From contig JBHLLU010000027.1 of NCBI GenBank assembly GCA_048938895.1, forward strand, positions 1 through 54,550: DNA of 54,550 bases. The letters are read 5' to 3'. Position numbers and translations under genes: made by a program. This document shows, piece after piece, positions 10,383-18,991 of the stretch; position 1 is the first letter of the stretch; each line of letters begins with the position of its first letter. The notes under the pieces are model-generated. The model saw only the letters and a program-made list of their open reading frames with translations, searched no databases and had not been told where the DNA came from. The DNA is from Promethearchaeota archaeon (GTDB lineage: Archaea > Asgardarchaeota > Lokiarchaeia > Sigyniarchaeales > SOKP01).

Positions 10383-10474
10383 TAAACTAATTCATGTTAT
10401 CACAGAAACTCCAAAAAGATTTAATCTTCTGTACGATGGTATCAAGCACTACAGGAACATTAACGATTAGTTCA
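10383..10474 (-). ncRNA. Candidate structured small RNA C
   Basis: Nested helices UGAACUAAU/AUUAGUUUA, AUGUU/AACAU, AUC/GAU, ACAGAAG/UUUCUGU; G-U pairs on minus strand. Confidence 0.35.
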
Positions 10475-10543
10475 AACCAATTACTAAGATATATTGTAGC
10501 TTTCTAAATTATCTACATCAAAAAAAAAATTATCGATAAAAAA

Positions 10544-10631
10544 GGAATCAGCATAAATAGAGTAAACAACTAAGCTGCTGTTTGAGCCGTATTAATGTAT
10601 CTAATTCCAATGCAAAATTGACCTATTGTCC
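10544..10631 (-). ncRNA. Candidate structured small RNA B
   Basis: Long hairpin GGAAUUAG/CUGAUUCC ... AAACAGC/GUUGUUU with G-U pairs on minus strand; U6 then U9 tracts follow; TTTAAATA at -31..-24. Confidence 0.5.
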
Positions 10632-10654
10632 AACTAAATATATGACATTAAGCA

Positions 10655-10662
10655 TATTTAAA
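10655..10662 (-). promoter_or_regulatory. Archaeal TATA box upstream of candidate RNA B
   Basis: TTTAAATA at canonical distance from G10631; AT-rich context weakens this. Confidence 0.35.
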
Positions 10663-10759
10663 TCTTGTTATTAAGCCATATAAAAATTTCCAGAAATAAT
10701 TTATGAATTGTAGAATTAGGTAATTAAAACAATATAAATATCGGTAGTTATATTATTTA

Positions 10760-11158
10760 TTGAATATGAATAGTGATTCAGGTATAGTATCGGTAAAACT
10801 TGAATTATTCGGAATTGGCACATTAGAAGGAGAAATTATCAGACATATTGCGCCATTATCCGCAGATGCTATAATTGAGAAATTTCCACTCAATAGAAGG
10901 GGAAGATTCAGTTTTGGCTCAAAGAGTTATTGGACTCTTCCAGGTTTAGGTATTTTTAAAGGTCTAAATCCAAAATCTCTAAAAGACGTTGAAAAGGGAG
11001 ATATTATATATAATCCTAAGACTGATGAATTGGTTATAGTTTTAGAGAACATTCAAATGCCAAACAGAGTTAATAAGGTGGGAAAGGTACTTTCAAACTT
11101 AGATTTATTGTTAAAAGCAAGAAATGGTTTAAATATGAAAATATCTAAGAAATCATAA
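10760..11158 (+). CDS. Cyclophilin-like fold protein
   Basis: APxSAxAI..xP, VEKGDIxY.P..LVI, VNKVGKV pattern of the TM1367/DUF3830-like family. Confidence 0.65.
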   Translation: MNMNSDSGIVSVKLELFGIGTLEGEIIRHIAPLSADAIIEKFPLNRRGRFSFGSKSYWTLPGLGIFKGLNPKSLKDVEKGDIIYNPKTDELVIVLENIQMPNRVNKVGKVLSNLDLLLKARNGLNMKISKKS

Positions 11159-11162
11159 AATT

Positions 11163-11978
11163 ATGGCAGTTCCGAAAAAATTAATCATTGTTTTTACTGG
11201 TTTTTATGTAGTTATAATCATATATATCTTGTTATTACTTTTTATCCCAGATGTTCAAAATGCTGCTATTCAGTTGAGAGAAAATCTGACAATCTTAACT
11301 GAGGGTTCCAACTATATCTGGACTTTACTAATTTCTTTAATTATTTGTTTTCTAGGTTCAGCCTCAATTGGTTTTCCAATCCCCTTTCCATTTGTGCTTT
11401 TTTCTCTTTCAAATTCAATCTTTTATAGGTTCATCAACTCTGGATTGACCACTACTCAAACATTGCTTACTGGGACTTTTTGGTTTGAAATAATTGGAAT
11501 TACAGTTGTTGGTGGTCTTGGAAGCGCTTTAGGAGAGTTTACTGGTTATGCTGTAGGTTATGGTGCAAAAAAAATTACTGAAGAAAGAAATTCTGATTTG
11601 CTGAACAACGTAGATGGATTTGGAAAATTAATTTTAGAGAATCAAAAGCGTACTCCCTTGTACATCTTTTTATTTGCTTTGACACCTCTACCCGATGATA
11701 TATTATTCTTACCATTAGGAATGATTAAGTATCCTTTCTGGAAATGTATTATTCCTGGTTGGTTAGGCAAGAATTTCACAATATTGTTTTATTGTTGTTG
11801 GCCTATATTTATAGCTCTTGGTTTTACAAGTCAAGGAATTCAATCTAATAATATATCTTCAATAATCACAGAAGCAATATTACTATTAGTGACAATTTCT
11901 GTGATGTTTTTTATTATGAGTTTTGATTGGAAAAAATTCCTTGAGAACAGAAAGCAAAAAAGAGATTCAAAAAGATAA
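11163..11978 (+). CDS. DedA/VTT-domain membrane protein
   Basis: GSALGEFTGYAVG, FALTPLPDD, GWLGK motifs; several TM helices. Confidence 0.85.
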   Translation: MAVPKKLIIVFTGFYVVIIIYILLLLFIPDVQNAAIQLRENLTILTEGSNYIWTLLISLIICFLGSASIGFPIPFPFVLFSLSNSIFYRFINSGLTTTQTLLTGTFWFEIIGITVVGGLGSALGEFTGYAVGYGAKKITEERNSDLLNNVDGFGKLILENQKRTPLYIFLFALTPLPDDILFLPLGMIKYPFWKCIIPGWLGKNFTILFYCCWPIFIALGFTSQGIQSNNISSIITEAILLLVTISVMFFIMSFDWKKFLENRKQKRDSKR

Positions 11979-11991
11979 AAGCAAGATTAAT

Positions 11992-12162
11992 CTATTTTTC
12001 ATTATTTAAACAATTTTTACAGACAAATACCGTTTTTCTTTTCTCTTTTGAATTCTCATCAAAATAAATACGTTTATAAATGAAGTTATTACAAAGGGCG
12101 CATACATGTTCTGTCCGATGTTCGTCTAATAAAGGACCTAAATTCTTAAAATTAGATTTCAT
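11992..12162 (-). CDS. Small zinc-ribbon protein, 56 aa (missing from ORF track)
   Basis: Manual translation MKSNFKNLGPLLDEHRTEHVCALCNNFIYKRIYFDENSKEKRKTVFVCKNCLNNEK*; CxxC..CxxC; ATG 3 nt after the Alba stop. Confidence 0.75.
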   Translation of the reverse strand: MKSNFKNLGPLLDEHRTEHVCALCNNFIYKRIYFDENSKEKRKTVFVCKNCLNNEK

Positions 12163-12165
12163 ATA

Positions 12166-12492
12166 TTATGCTGTAGATTTGGTTTTTAGGGTAATTTCAA
12201 TTTTAGAAATAATATCTTTCTTATTTCCATTAAATCTATTATTTCTATTATAATTTCGACGATTCTTGTTTTCAAAAAAGGGACGGCTTCCTAACGAGAC
12301 ATTTGCAATTTCTAATCGGGGGTACATACGATTCTTTAAAATTTCAGCGACTTCTACTGCTGTACTTATCTCTTCTCCTTCACCCTTAATTAATAATGAT
12401 TTTTTTCCACCTGAAAATGCAAAAATTGCATCTTTTATAGATCTATCTTTGTCACTTCTGTTTCTTATAATAATAGTAGTATCGTTAACCAT
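12166..12492 (-). CDS. Alba-family DNA/RNA-binding protein (divergent)
   Basis: IKGEGEEISTAVEVAEILK (cf. IKARGxAISxAVDVAE) and C-terminal ISKIEITL; start taken at MVND, ORF extends to 12528. Confidence 0.8.
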   Translation of the reverse strand: MVNDTTIIIRNRSDKDRSIKDAIFAFSGGKKSLLIKGEGEEISTAVEVAEILKNRMYPRLEIANVSLGSRPFFENKNRRNYNRNNRFNGNKKDIISKIEITLKTKSTA

Positions 12493-12651
12493 GAAAGAAC
12501 CTCTTTCGGGAAAAAGTACAAATTTCATTAAAAAGAAGCTTCAATTAATCTTAATAATATCTTATCTATAATAAATTTATCTTAAAAATCTTAATTTGAT
12601 AATATATACACCATTTTTAAATTTTGACAAAAATAAAACTAAAAAATTGTA

Positions 12652-13779
12652 CTAAAGATTCTCTAAATTTAATTCTGCTCTACTATTTAAGTCATCTAAA
12701 ATTCTTAGATATTCAGAACTTCTTTCTTCAAAGTGTTCTATGATTTTCCTTTCGTGAGTGTCTAAATAATCATATAAGGAACTAATATTTTCTATTTTTT
12801 TAGCAAAATCATCCATGAGTTTTTCAGACCATTCATTTGGTTTTGCTAACAGGTTTTGAATTTTTTTCATTAATTTCTCTTTTCTTGCAACAAATTTCTC
12901 TCTATCTTTCCTTTCCATTAATTTATCAAGTTCATCATAAGCTTCCGATATTGAATTCTCAACTTTTTCTCGAAATTTGGGGATTCGATAAGATTTTTTA
13001 AAGAATTCAGGATCCCACTCATATAAAAAACGCTCGTCTTCTTCAGCTTCATCTTCATTTTCAGTTACTTTAATCTCCTCCTTGGGAACAAGAATGAGTC
13101 CAAAATTCCTCTGTAATTGGGCAAGTGCTTTTTTCCGAAGGACCTCATCTATATATCTTATTTCTTCTAAGGCAGCTTCCATTTTTTTGTCGATATTACG
13201 TATTGTTTTATCAACCTTTTCAGCCATTGTTTTTTGATCTAATTCATAACTCAATTCTATTAAGTCATAAGTGGATGACATCCCTAAGTCAGGATCTTTT
13301 AGTCTTAATCCTGCTATTCCAAGTATATTATCACTCGTATCCTTTTTGCAATGATCAAAAATTAATCCTACAGCATAAGGATTTGGTATTTGATAGCCTA
13401 ATTGAGTCATACAATCTATAGGAGAATAGAAGAAACCAAAACCAGGATGAGTATGCCACCATCCAATAATGAAATCATCCTTATTATCTTGAACAGACCT
13501 TTCAAAAACAGAACTATCTATTTGAGCCATGTCAACATATTGTTTACTTTCATATGTAACACCGGCTCTATCACCAACAATCATTGGGATGGCATCTTTT
13601 ACAATTACTTTAGAATTATTTTCAATACAACCAATTAATATTCCATATACTTCTCGCCATTTATCAGGTTTTAAATTATCATTTGCATATCTTATTGCAT
13701 AACCTACAATCCTTTTGTAAGCCTTTAATGTTAATAGTACTGGTGAAGAAAAGGGTCTCTTCTTTTTTTTCTCCTTCAT
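12652..13779 (-). CDS. JAB1/MPN/JAMM metalloprotease with long helical C-terminus
   Basis: EVYGILIG ... IIGWWHTHPGFGFFYSPID = intact E..HxHx7Sx2D JAMM motif. Confidence 0.88.
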   Translation of the reverse strand: MKEKKKKRPFSSPVLLTLKAYKRIVGYAIRYANDNLKPDKWREVYGILIGCIENNSKVIVKDAIPMIVGDRAGVTYESKQYVDMAQIDSSVFERSVQDNKDDFIIGWWHTHPGFGFFYSPIDCMTQLGYQIPNPYAVGLIFDHCKKDTSDNILGIAGLRLKDPDLGMSSTYDLIELSYELDQKTMAEKVDKTIRNIDKKMEAALEEIRYIDEVLRKKALAQLQRNFGLILVPKEEIKVTENEDEAEEDERFLYEWDPEFFKKSYRIPKFREKVENSISEAYDELDKLMERKDREKFVARKEKLMKKIQNLLAKPNEWSEKLMDDFAKKIENISSLYDYLDTHERKIIEHFEERSSEYLRILDDLNSRAELNLENL

Positions 13780-13886
13780 TATTCCCTACTTAACGACTAG
13801 TAAAGCTATATTTTTAAAAACTATATTTCTTATTCTATATAGAATCTAAACAAATACTAGATATATAAATTATATTAAGAAAATTT

Positions 13887-14435
13887 ATGAAAGTAATTAC
13901 AATAGGTCTTATTGGGCTCCCAGGCTCAGGGAAAACAACTGCAATAGATGCAATTAAAGATTTAGGAACTGTATTGTCCATGGGTGATGTAGTTCGTAAT
14001 GAAGCTAAAAAAAGAGAATTTAGCTTGAATGATGAGAATTTGGGAAATATTGCAAAAGAATTAAGAGAAAAATATGGTCCCGGGATAATTGCAGAAAGAT
14101 GTGTAGAGATAATAAAACATAAAAAAGAAAGGGTTATCATTGTTGATGGAGTTAGGTCATTCGCAGAGGTTAAGGTATTTAGGAAATATTGGAAATTCCC
14201 AATAATAGCTATTGTGGTCTCTGAAAAAAATAGATTTAAATGGCTTTTTGAAAGAGGCCGTAGTGATGATCCAAGAACAATTGATGATTTAAAAGAAAGA
14301 GACAGTAGAGAAATTCAATTCGGCTTAAACGAAGTGATAGAAAAAGCAGATTTCATTATTGAAAATTGTTCGTCTATTGAGGATTTAAAAGAAAAAACAA
14401 GGAGCGTTGTACTTGAAATAATAAAATCATCCTAA
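13887..14435 (+). CDS. P-loop nucleotide kinase (UPF0200 / dephospho-CoA kinase-like)
   Basis: GLPGSGKT, MGDVVR, VDGVRS, RGRSDD, RDxRE. Confidence 0.85.
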   Translation: MKVITIGLIGLPGSGKTTAIDAIKDLGTVLSMGDVVRNEAKKREFSLNDENLGNIAKELREKYGPGIIAERCVEIIKHKKERVIIVDGVRSFAEVKVFRKYWKFPIIAIVVSEKNRFKWLFERGRSDDPRTIDDLKERDSREIQFGLNEVIEKADFIIENCSSIEDLKEKTRSVVLEIIKSS

Positions 14436-14443
14436 ATCTTTAT

Positions 14444-15367
14444 TTATCTTAAGTACTCAGCAATCGCTTTGGCTAATGACACTTTACTAACTTCATTATC
14501 TATGGAATCAGTACCCACAATCTCATCTGCTCCCGCTTCTATAATTCTAAACTTTGCTTGTCCTAATAATAATGCATGGGTTGCTACAGCAAAGATCTTA
14601 TTAGCTCCTCCCTCCTTAGCTAGTTTTATTGCTTTGGCCATTGTACCTCCCGTGGCAATGATGTCATCTGCTATAACAACATTTTTATCTTGTAAACTCA
14701 GAGATCCTGTCAATTCTATTTCTCCCGTTTTCACATCTCGTTCTTTACTTAAAAAATCTACAGGAATATCTCTACCAAAATGTGTAGCAAAAGTTTTTGA
14801 TCTTTCTATGGCACCTTTATCAGGTGCAATCACAACAATATCCCTTGCTCCTTTAGATATAATATAATCTGCTAATACTTTCATAGAATCAATATTAATT
14901 GCTTTGCATGTACACTCTTCTAAAACTTTATTGGCATGAATATCCACAGTATAAAATTCATCAATACCAAGTGAATTAATTATATGAAATATGACATTGG
15001 CAAATTGACTTTCTCCCGGTCGAAAAATCTTATCTTGACGAGCATAAGCCAGATATGGTACTACTACAATAATTTTAACTCCTCCCATGCGCTTCACAGA
15101 ATCGATTATCATAAAAAGTTCCATTAAACGGCTATTTTGAGTTCCATTAGTACTAGGTCCAGTAGATTGTACTATTATAACCTCCTTTCCTGCAATCAAT
15201 GTCTCATCTTCAATATTAATTCTTAAGTAATTTTCACCATCTGGGAAGATTTTAACGTCAGTATTTATTACTTTAATTCCTAGTTCATTAGCAATCTTTA
15301 CACCAAGGATTTGGGATGCGGGACCTGCTATTAATATTTTTTCTATATTCATAATGAAGTTCACCAT
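14444..15367 (-). CDS. prs: Ribose-phosphate pyrophosphokinase
   Basis: FPDGE, PYLAYARQDK, APDKG, DDIIATGGT. Confidence 0.95.
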   Translation of the reverse strand: MVNFIMNIEKILIAGPASQILGVKIANELGIKVINTDVKIFPDGENYLRINIEDETLIAGKEVIIVQSTGPSTNGTQNSRLMELFMIIDSVKRMGGVKIIVVVPYLAYARQDKIFRPGESQFANVIFHIINSLGIDEFYTVDIHANKVLEECTCKAINIDSMKVLADYIISKGARDIVVIAPDKGAIERSKTFATHFGRDIPVDFLSKERDVKTGEIELTGSLSLQDKNVVIADDIIATGGTMAKAIKLAKEGGANKIFAVATHALLLGQAKFRIIEAGADEIVGTDSIDNEVSKVSLAKAIAEYLR

Positions 15368-15406
15368 TATACATAAATTATTATTCTTATTTCTTTTTTA
15401 CTTTCT

Positions 15407-16147
15407 TTATAATTTCTTCAAAAATTCGAGGGCTTGGTTAAAAATATCCTCTCGATGACCTGAAAATGTATGCCCTCCAGTATCAAACTCGATAACATTT
15501 TCATCTTGTAATCCAAGATGCTTTTTTATGAGATATACGTTTTCAAAGGGTACAGTATCGTCATCTCTACAATGTGCGATTAATATTCTCTGATTATTTC
15601 GAGGATCTTTCTTTAGGAAAGATTTGGGACTAATCTTATTAATGATTTCATCTCCCTCCTTCTCTTCTACAGCTCTGTATCTTCCACGAATAGATGTATA
15701 ATCGTATCGAGTACTAAGTGCAATTAAAATTTTAGCCTTTTCATCTATAAAACCATGTGATAAGGTAATGGCCCCCCCTAGACTTCTACCGAACAATGCT
15801 ATTTTATTTTTTAAGAGTCTCTCGGCTTGAATTTCAACGATCCACTTGAGTACAACATGAATATCTGAAAATATTTGAGGAACCATCTCAAACCACTTAT
15901 TTCCAGTTTCGATTTGTGTTTCACCATGACCTCGATAATCATACGAGAGAACATAATATCCCACTTCAGCAAATTTTTCGGAAAAAAACTTTACTAAATA
16001 ACTTTTCCTGTGATTCATAAATCCCGCGAGATTAACAATCCAGGGGGCTTTAGAGGGTGTATTAGAGCTATAATAGATCGTGCTTTTTAGGTTTATATTA
16101 TCTGATTCTACAGGAATATCAATATTTTCAGTTATTATTTCAGTCAT
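15407..16147 (-). CDS. Alpha/beta hydrolase
   Basis: DYRGHG, GRSLGG nucleophile elbow, DDTVP, GGH. Confidence 0.9.
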   Translation of the reverse strand: MTEIITENIDIPVESDNINLKSTIYYSSNTPSKAPWIVNLAGFMNHRKSYLVKFFSEKFAEVGYYVLSYDYRGHGETQIETGNKWFEMVPQIFSDIHVVLKWIVEIQAERLLKNKIALFGRSLGGAITLSHGFIDEKAKILIALSTRYDYTSIRGRYRAVEEKEGDEIINKISPKSFLKKDPRNNQRILIAHCRDDDTVPFENVYLIKKHLGLQDENVIEFDTGGHTFSGHREDIFNQALEFLKKL

Positions 16148-16153
16148 TATACA

Positions 16154-16621
16154 TTAAAATTTTTTTTCTTCTTTATATTTTTTAATTGCACTTCTAAGAG
16201 TTTTAACCGCTAATTCCAAACAGTGATACTCATCTTTAGGTATGGTCATTAAAGCTGTATCTATATCTTCTGCAGTTAACTTTTCAGCAAATTCAATTGA
16301 TTTCCCTTTAATTAAAATTGTTGTTTGACTTCCAGTAGCAATCATTACACCACAACCATCTGTTATAAAATTCGCATTAACTATAATATCATCTTCTATC
16401 CTTAAATACAGTCCTAAAAAATAACCTTTAGGGCCACTCCTCTTTTCTTTATAAACAGTTATTCTATCTTTAGAAAGTTTTCCCCAGTTTTGAGGATGAT
16501 AGCATAAATTTACTATTCTTTCATTATGATCTCTAATTTCCTTTTTAATAATCTTATTTTGGAGTGTTTCTACAAATTTATCAAAGTTATCAGACATGAT
16601 TAACTCAATATAATATTTCAA
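16154..16621 (-). CDS. NifU/IscU-like Fe-S scaffold
   Basis: PxNxG, F.TDGCG...A, GKSIE.A, HC..LAV. Confidence 0.75.
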   Translation of the reverse strand: MKYYIELIMSDNFDKFVETLQNKIIKKEIRDHNERIVNLCYHPQNWGKLSKDRITVYKEKRSGPKGYFLGLYLRIEDDIIVNANFITDGCGVMIATGSQTTILIKGKSIEFAEKLTAEDIDTALMTIPKDEYHCLELAVKTLRSAIKKYKEEKKF

Positions 16622-16622
16622 A

Positions 16623-16886
16623 TTATTTAGATTCTAAGACATGGGATTCTAAACCTGCTAAATCATCCTGTGTTTTTTGGTACTTTTTTACTATTTCAAT
16701 TATTCTTTTATTTAATTGATTGTGTTCATCAAGACAAGATGATTTTTCAAGAAACTCCTCTCCCCGACGCATAGTTAAAGTGTTTTCTGTAACCTTTATA
16801 AGCTCTGTTGCTATTATCCCGTTAACATAAATTAAATCTGCCAACATATTTTTTATGTATAATAAAATTGCAATTTGTTCAGACAT
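16623..16886 (-). CDS. Hypothetical helical protein
   Basis: 87-aa ORF abutting the IscU-like gene on the same strand. Confidence 0.6.
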   Translation of the reverse strand: MSEQIAILLYIKNMLADLIYVNGIIATELIKVTENTLTMRRGEEFLEKSSCLDEHNQLNKRIIEIVKKYQKTQDDLAGLESHVLESK

Positions 16887-16994
16887 ATTTTAGAAAAAGT
16901 TGCCTTAAATAAAAAATTAAATTATAATTTATACTATAATATCCTCAAAACCTCAAAACTAGATAATATTTAACGGGAATCAGGCAATAAATTC

Positions 16995-17471
16995 TTGGAT
17001 TTTAAAGATTTTCAAAACGGACTCTTATCTTTAGTACTGACTTTACTTATATTTTCTTTCACATTAATGATAAGTTCAATTGTTTTGAAACCCTATATTA
17101 ATAACAGTATTGAGCAGAGAAATTGTCTCGTTTTATTATCCTCTGGGAACCTTGTTTTTAGTTTTTATTGTTTATGGGAATTCTCAAAGTTAGAAAAAAC
17201 TTTCAAATTGGAAAACAAGAACATTGTAAAATTCGGTAAAAGAATTGGCTTAATAACTATCATTTATTTTCCACATCTGGTATTGATGATTATTCTGGTT
17301 TTTAGAAAACTTCATAATTTAGTTTTAATAATTGTTCTATTAATTATTATTATTGAGATCCTACTTATTGGTCTTATATTTAAAGAAACCTACGATTTAG
17401 TTTTTTTGGAAGAAACTAGAAGAGATTTTGAAATTGATGAAAATCGAACAAAATACTTTGAAAAAGTATAA
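16995..17471 (+). CDS. Hypothetical membrane protein (~4 TM)
   Basis: Four hydrophobic segments. Confidence 0.65.
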   Translation: MDFKDFQNGLLSLVLTLLIFSFTLMISSIVLKPYINNSIEQRNCLVLLSSGNLVFSFYCLWEFSKLEKTFKLENKNIVKFGKRIGLITIIYFPHLVLMIILVFRKLHNLVLIIVLLIIIIEILLIGLIFKETYDLVFLEETRRDFEIDENRTKYFEKV

Positions 17472-17497
17472 GAAGAAGCTTAGATTTTAGAGAGAAC

Positions 17498-18727
17498 CTA
17501 TTTTTTCCCTAATTTCTCAATTGCAGATTCAATCATCTTTAATTTAGTAGAGAATTTCTCCATTAATACTGCGAATTTTTCTACCTCAATTTCGTTATTT
17601 TCTTTAAGTAATTTCAATTCATTTATTGTTCGAACGACTCCAGCTTTTTGATCAATTAATTTTTCTTTTTTACTATAGGGAATTTTTTCTTCTAATTTTT
17701 TCCTCTGATAATTCTTGAATCTTTTTATGTTTAAATCTTTAGGAACAAATTTTGTTAAATAAATGATATTTTTAGGAACAAAAGGAGCTAAATTTTCTGG
17801 TATAATGATTATAGGTTCTGGATCTTGTATTTTTTTAATATTTTCATAATCTAATGCTTCAACATCGCTTTGATTTAGGTTATCACTTACAATTGATAAG
17901 TTGAGTTCAATGCTCTCCTTCTCTTCTATTGAAAGAGTAATATTTCTTAGCATTTCCTCCCAAATATCTTTTGCTTTCTCATAATACCATAAAGATTTCT
18001 GTTTTAATCTTTTAACTTTATCTTTGTTAATATTTGTAATCGATGACTCAAAAGATGCTTGGGCTTTAAGGTGACAAGCTTTTCCCATATCATAATGGAA
18101 TTGAGCTCTGATTTGCTGCTTCTTCTTTTCTTCATGTTGTTTTAAATAGAATAATCTTTTAGATAGTAAACTAAGTCCCGCATACAATTTAGATGCAAAG
18201 TATATATTATTACTTGTTTCCTCCCTTAATGCGGCAACGCTTTGAGCAAGGATCCTTGATTCTTCTGAATTTAATTCTAAATTTTCTGCGTCAAGGGTTA
18301 CACCAACATCTTGTTGGTTTACTACAGCAGCGCTAAAATATGCTGCTGTTTTATACATTTTGCTACACTCTGTCATTGAGATTATTGCATTTTCCCATTC
18401 GCCCTCTTCTTCATAAGTCTCAGAGAGTTGTGAATAGGCCCTTGCCATAACCCAAAGAACACGTGCACATTCAAACATCAAATCTTGAATTTCTATATCT
18501 TTATTCATTAAAGGATCTTGGAAAGTATTAGTAATATCTAATTCTTTTAAAATCTCTTTATGACTTTTAGTTTGATAATTTCTATTCAAAATTTTTGTAT
18601 ACTCTAAAATTAAATTTAAATCATCAAGATTAAAATATTCATCATCCTTTTCGATAGCGTCTTCTATTTTTTTTATTTTGAAGTGTAGATATCGAATCCG
18701 TCTCATGACTTCTTCATCAAAATACAT
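17498..18727 (-). CDS. Hypothetical alpha-helical (TPR-like) protein
   Basis: 409-aa ORF with repeated A..Y/A..L helical patterns. Confidence 0.65.
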   Translation of the reverse strand: MYFDEEVMRRIRYLHFKIKKIEDAIEKDDEYFNLDDLNLILEYTKILNRNYQTKSHKEILKELDITNTFQDPLMNKDIEIQDLMFECARVLWVMARAYSQLSETYEEEGEWENAIISMTECSKMYKTAAYFSAAVVNQQDVGVTLDAENLELNSEESRILAQSVAALREETSNNIYFASKLYAGLSLLSKRLFYLKQHEEKKKQQIRAQFHYDMGKACHLKAQASFESSITNINKDKVKRLKQKSLWYYEKAKDIWEEMLRNITLSIEEKESIELNLSIVSDNLNQSDVEALDYENIKKIQDPEPIIIIPENLAPFVPKNIIYLTKFVPKDLNIKRFKNYQRKKLEEKIPYSKKEKLIDQKAGVVRTINELKLLKENNEIEVEKFAVLMEKFSTKLKMIESAIEKLGKK

Positions 18728-18991
18728 CAGAAACAGCTTTTTTTATTAGAGTTAAGTTAAATAACAATATACAAAGGCTCCTTTAAAACCTTTTGAATAA
18801 CTCTGAATATTCACTTCAAATTCACTCACCTGTCAGATGATTCCTTTAAACTACTATGTAAATTGTTGATGGTATAAAATATTTATATACATAATTACTA
18901 TTGGAACTTATGCTGAAATGGCCTTATTATATTCATGAAATTCATAAAAAACGTTTTAATCTAAAAGGAGAAACGTAGTGTTTCAGAACTC

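Noticed and set aside
10420-10436. CGUACAGAAGAUUA resembles the U6 snRNA ACAGAGA region
   Set aside because: ACAGAGA box is incomplete and the AGC triad and ISL are absent; a short match is expected by chance
18752-18829. 25-codon minus-strand ORF (VSEFEVNIQSYSKGFKGAFVYCYLT) with an upstream in-frame TGA
   Set aside because: No motif; the frame closes at a TAG a few codons further upstream, so a selenoprotein extension is not supported
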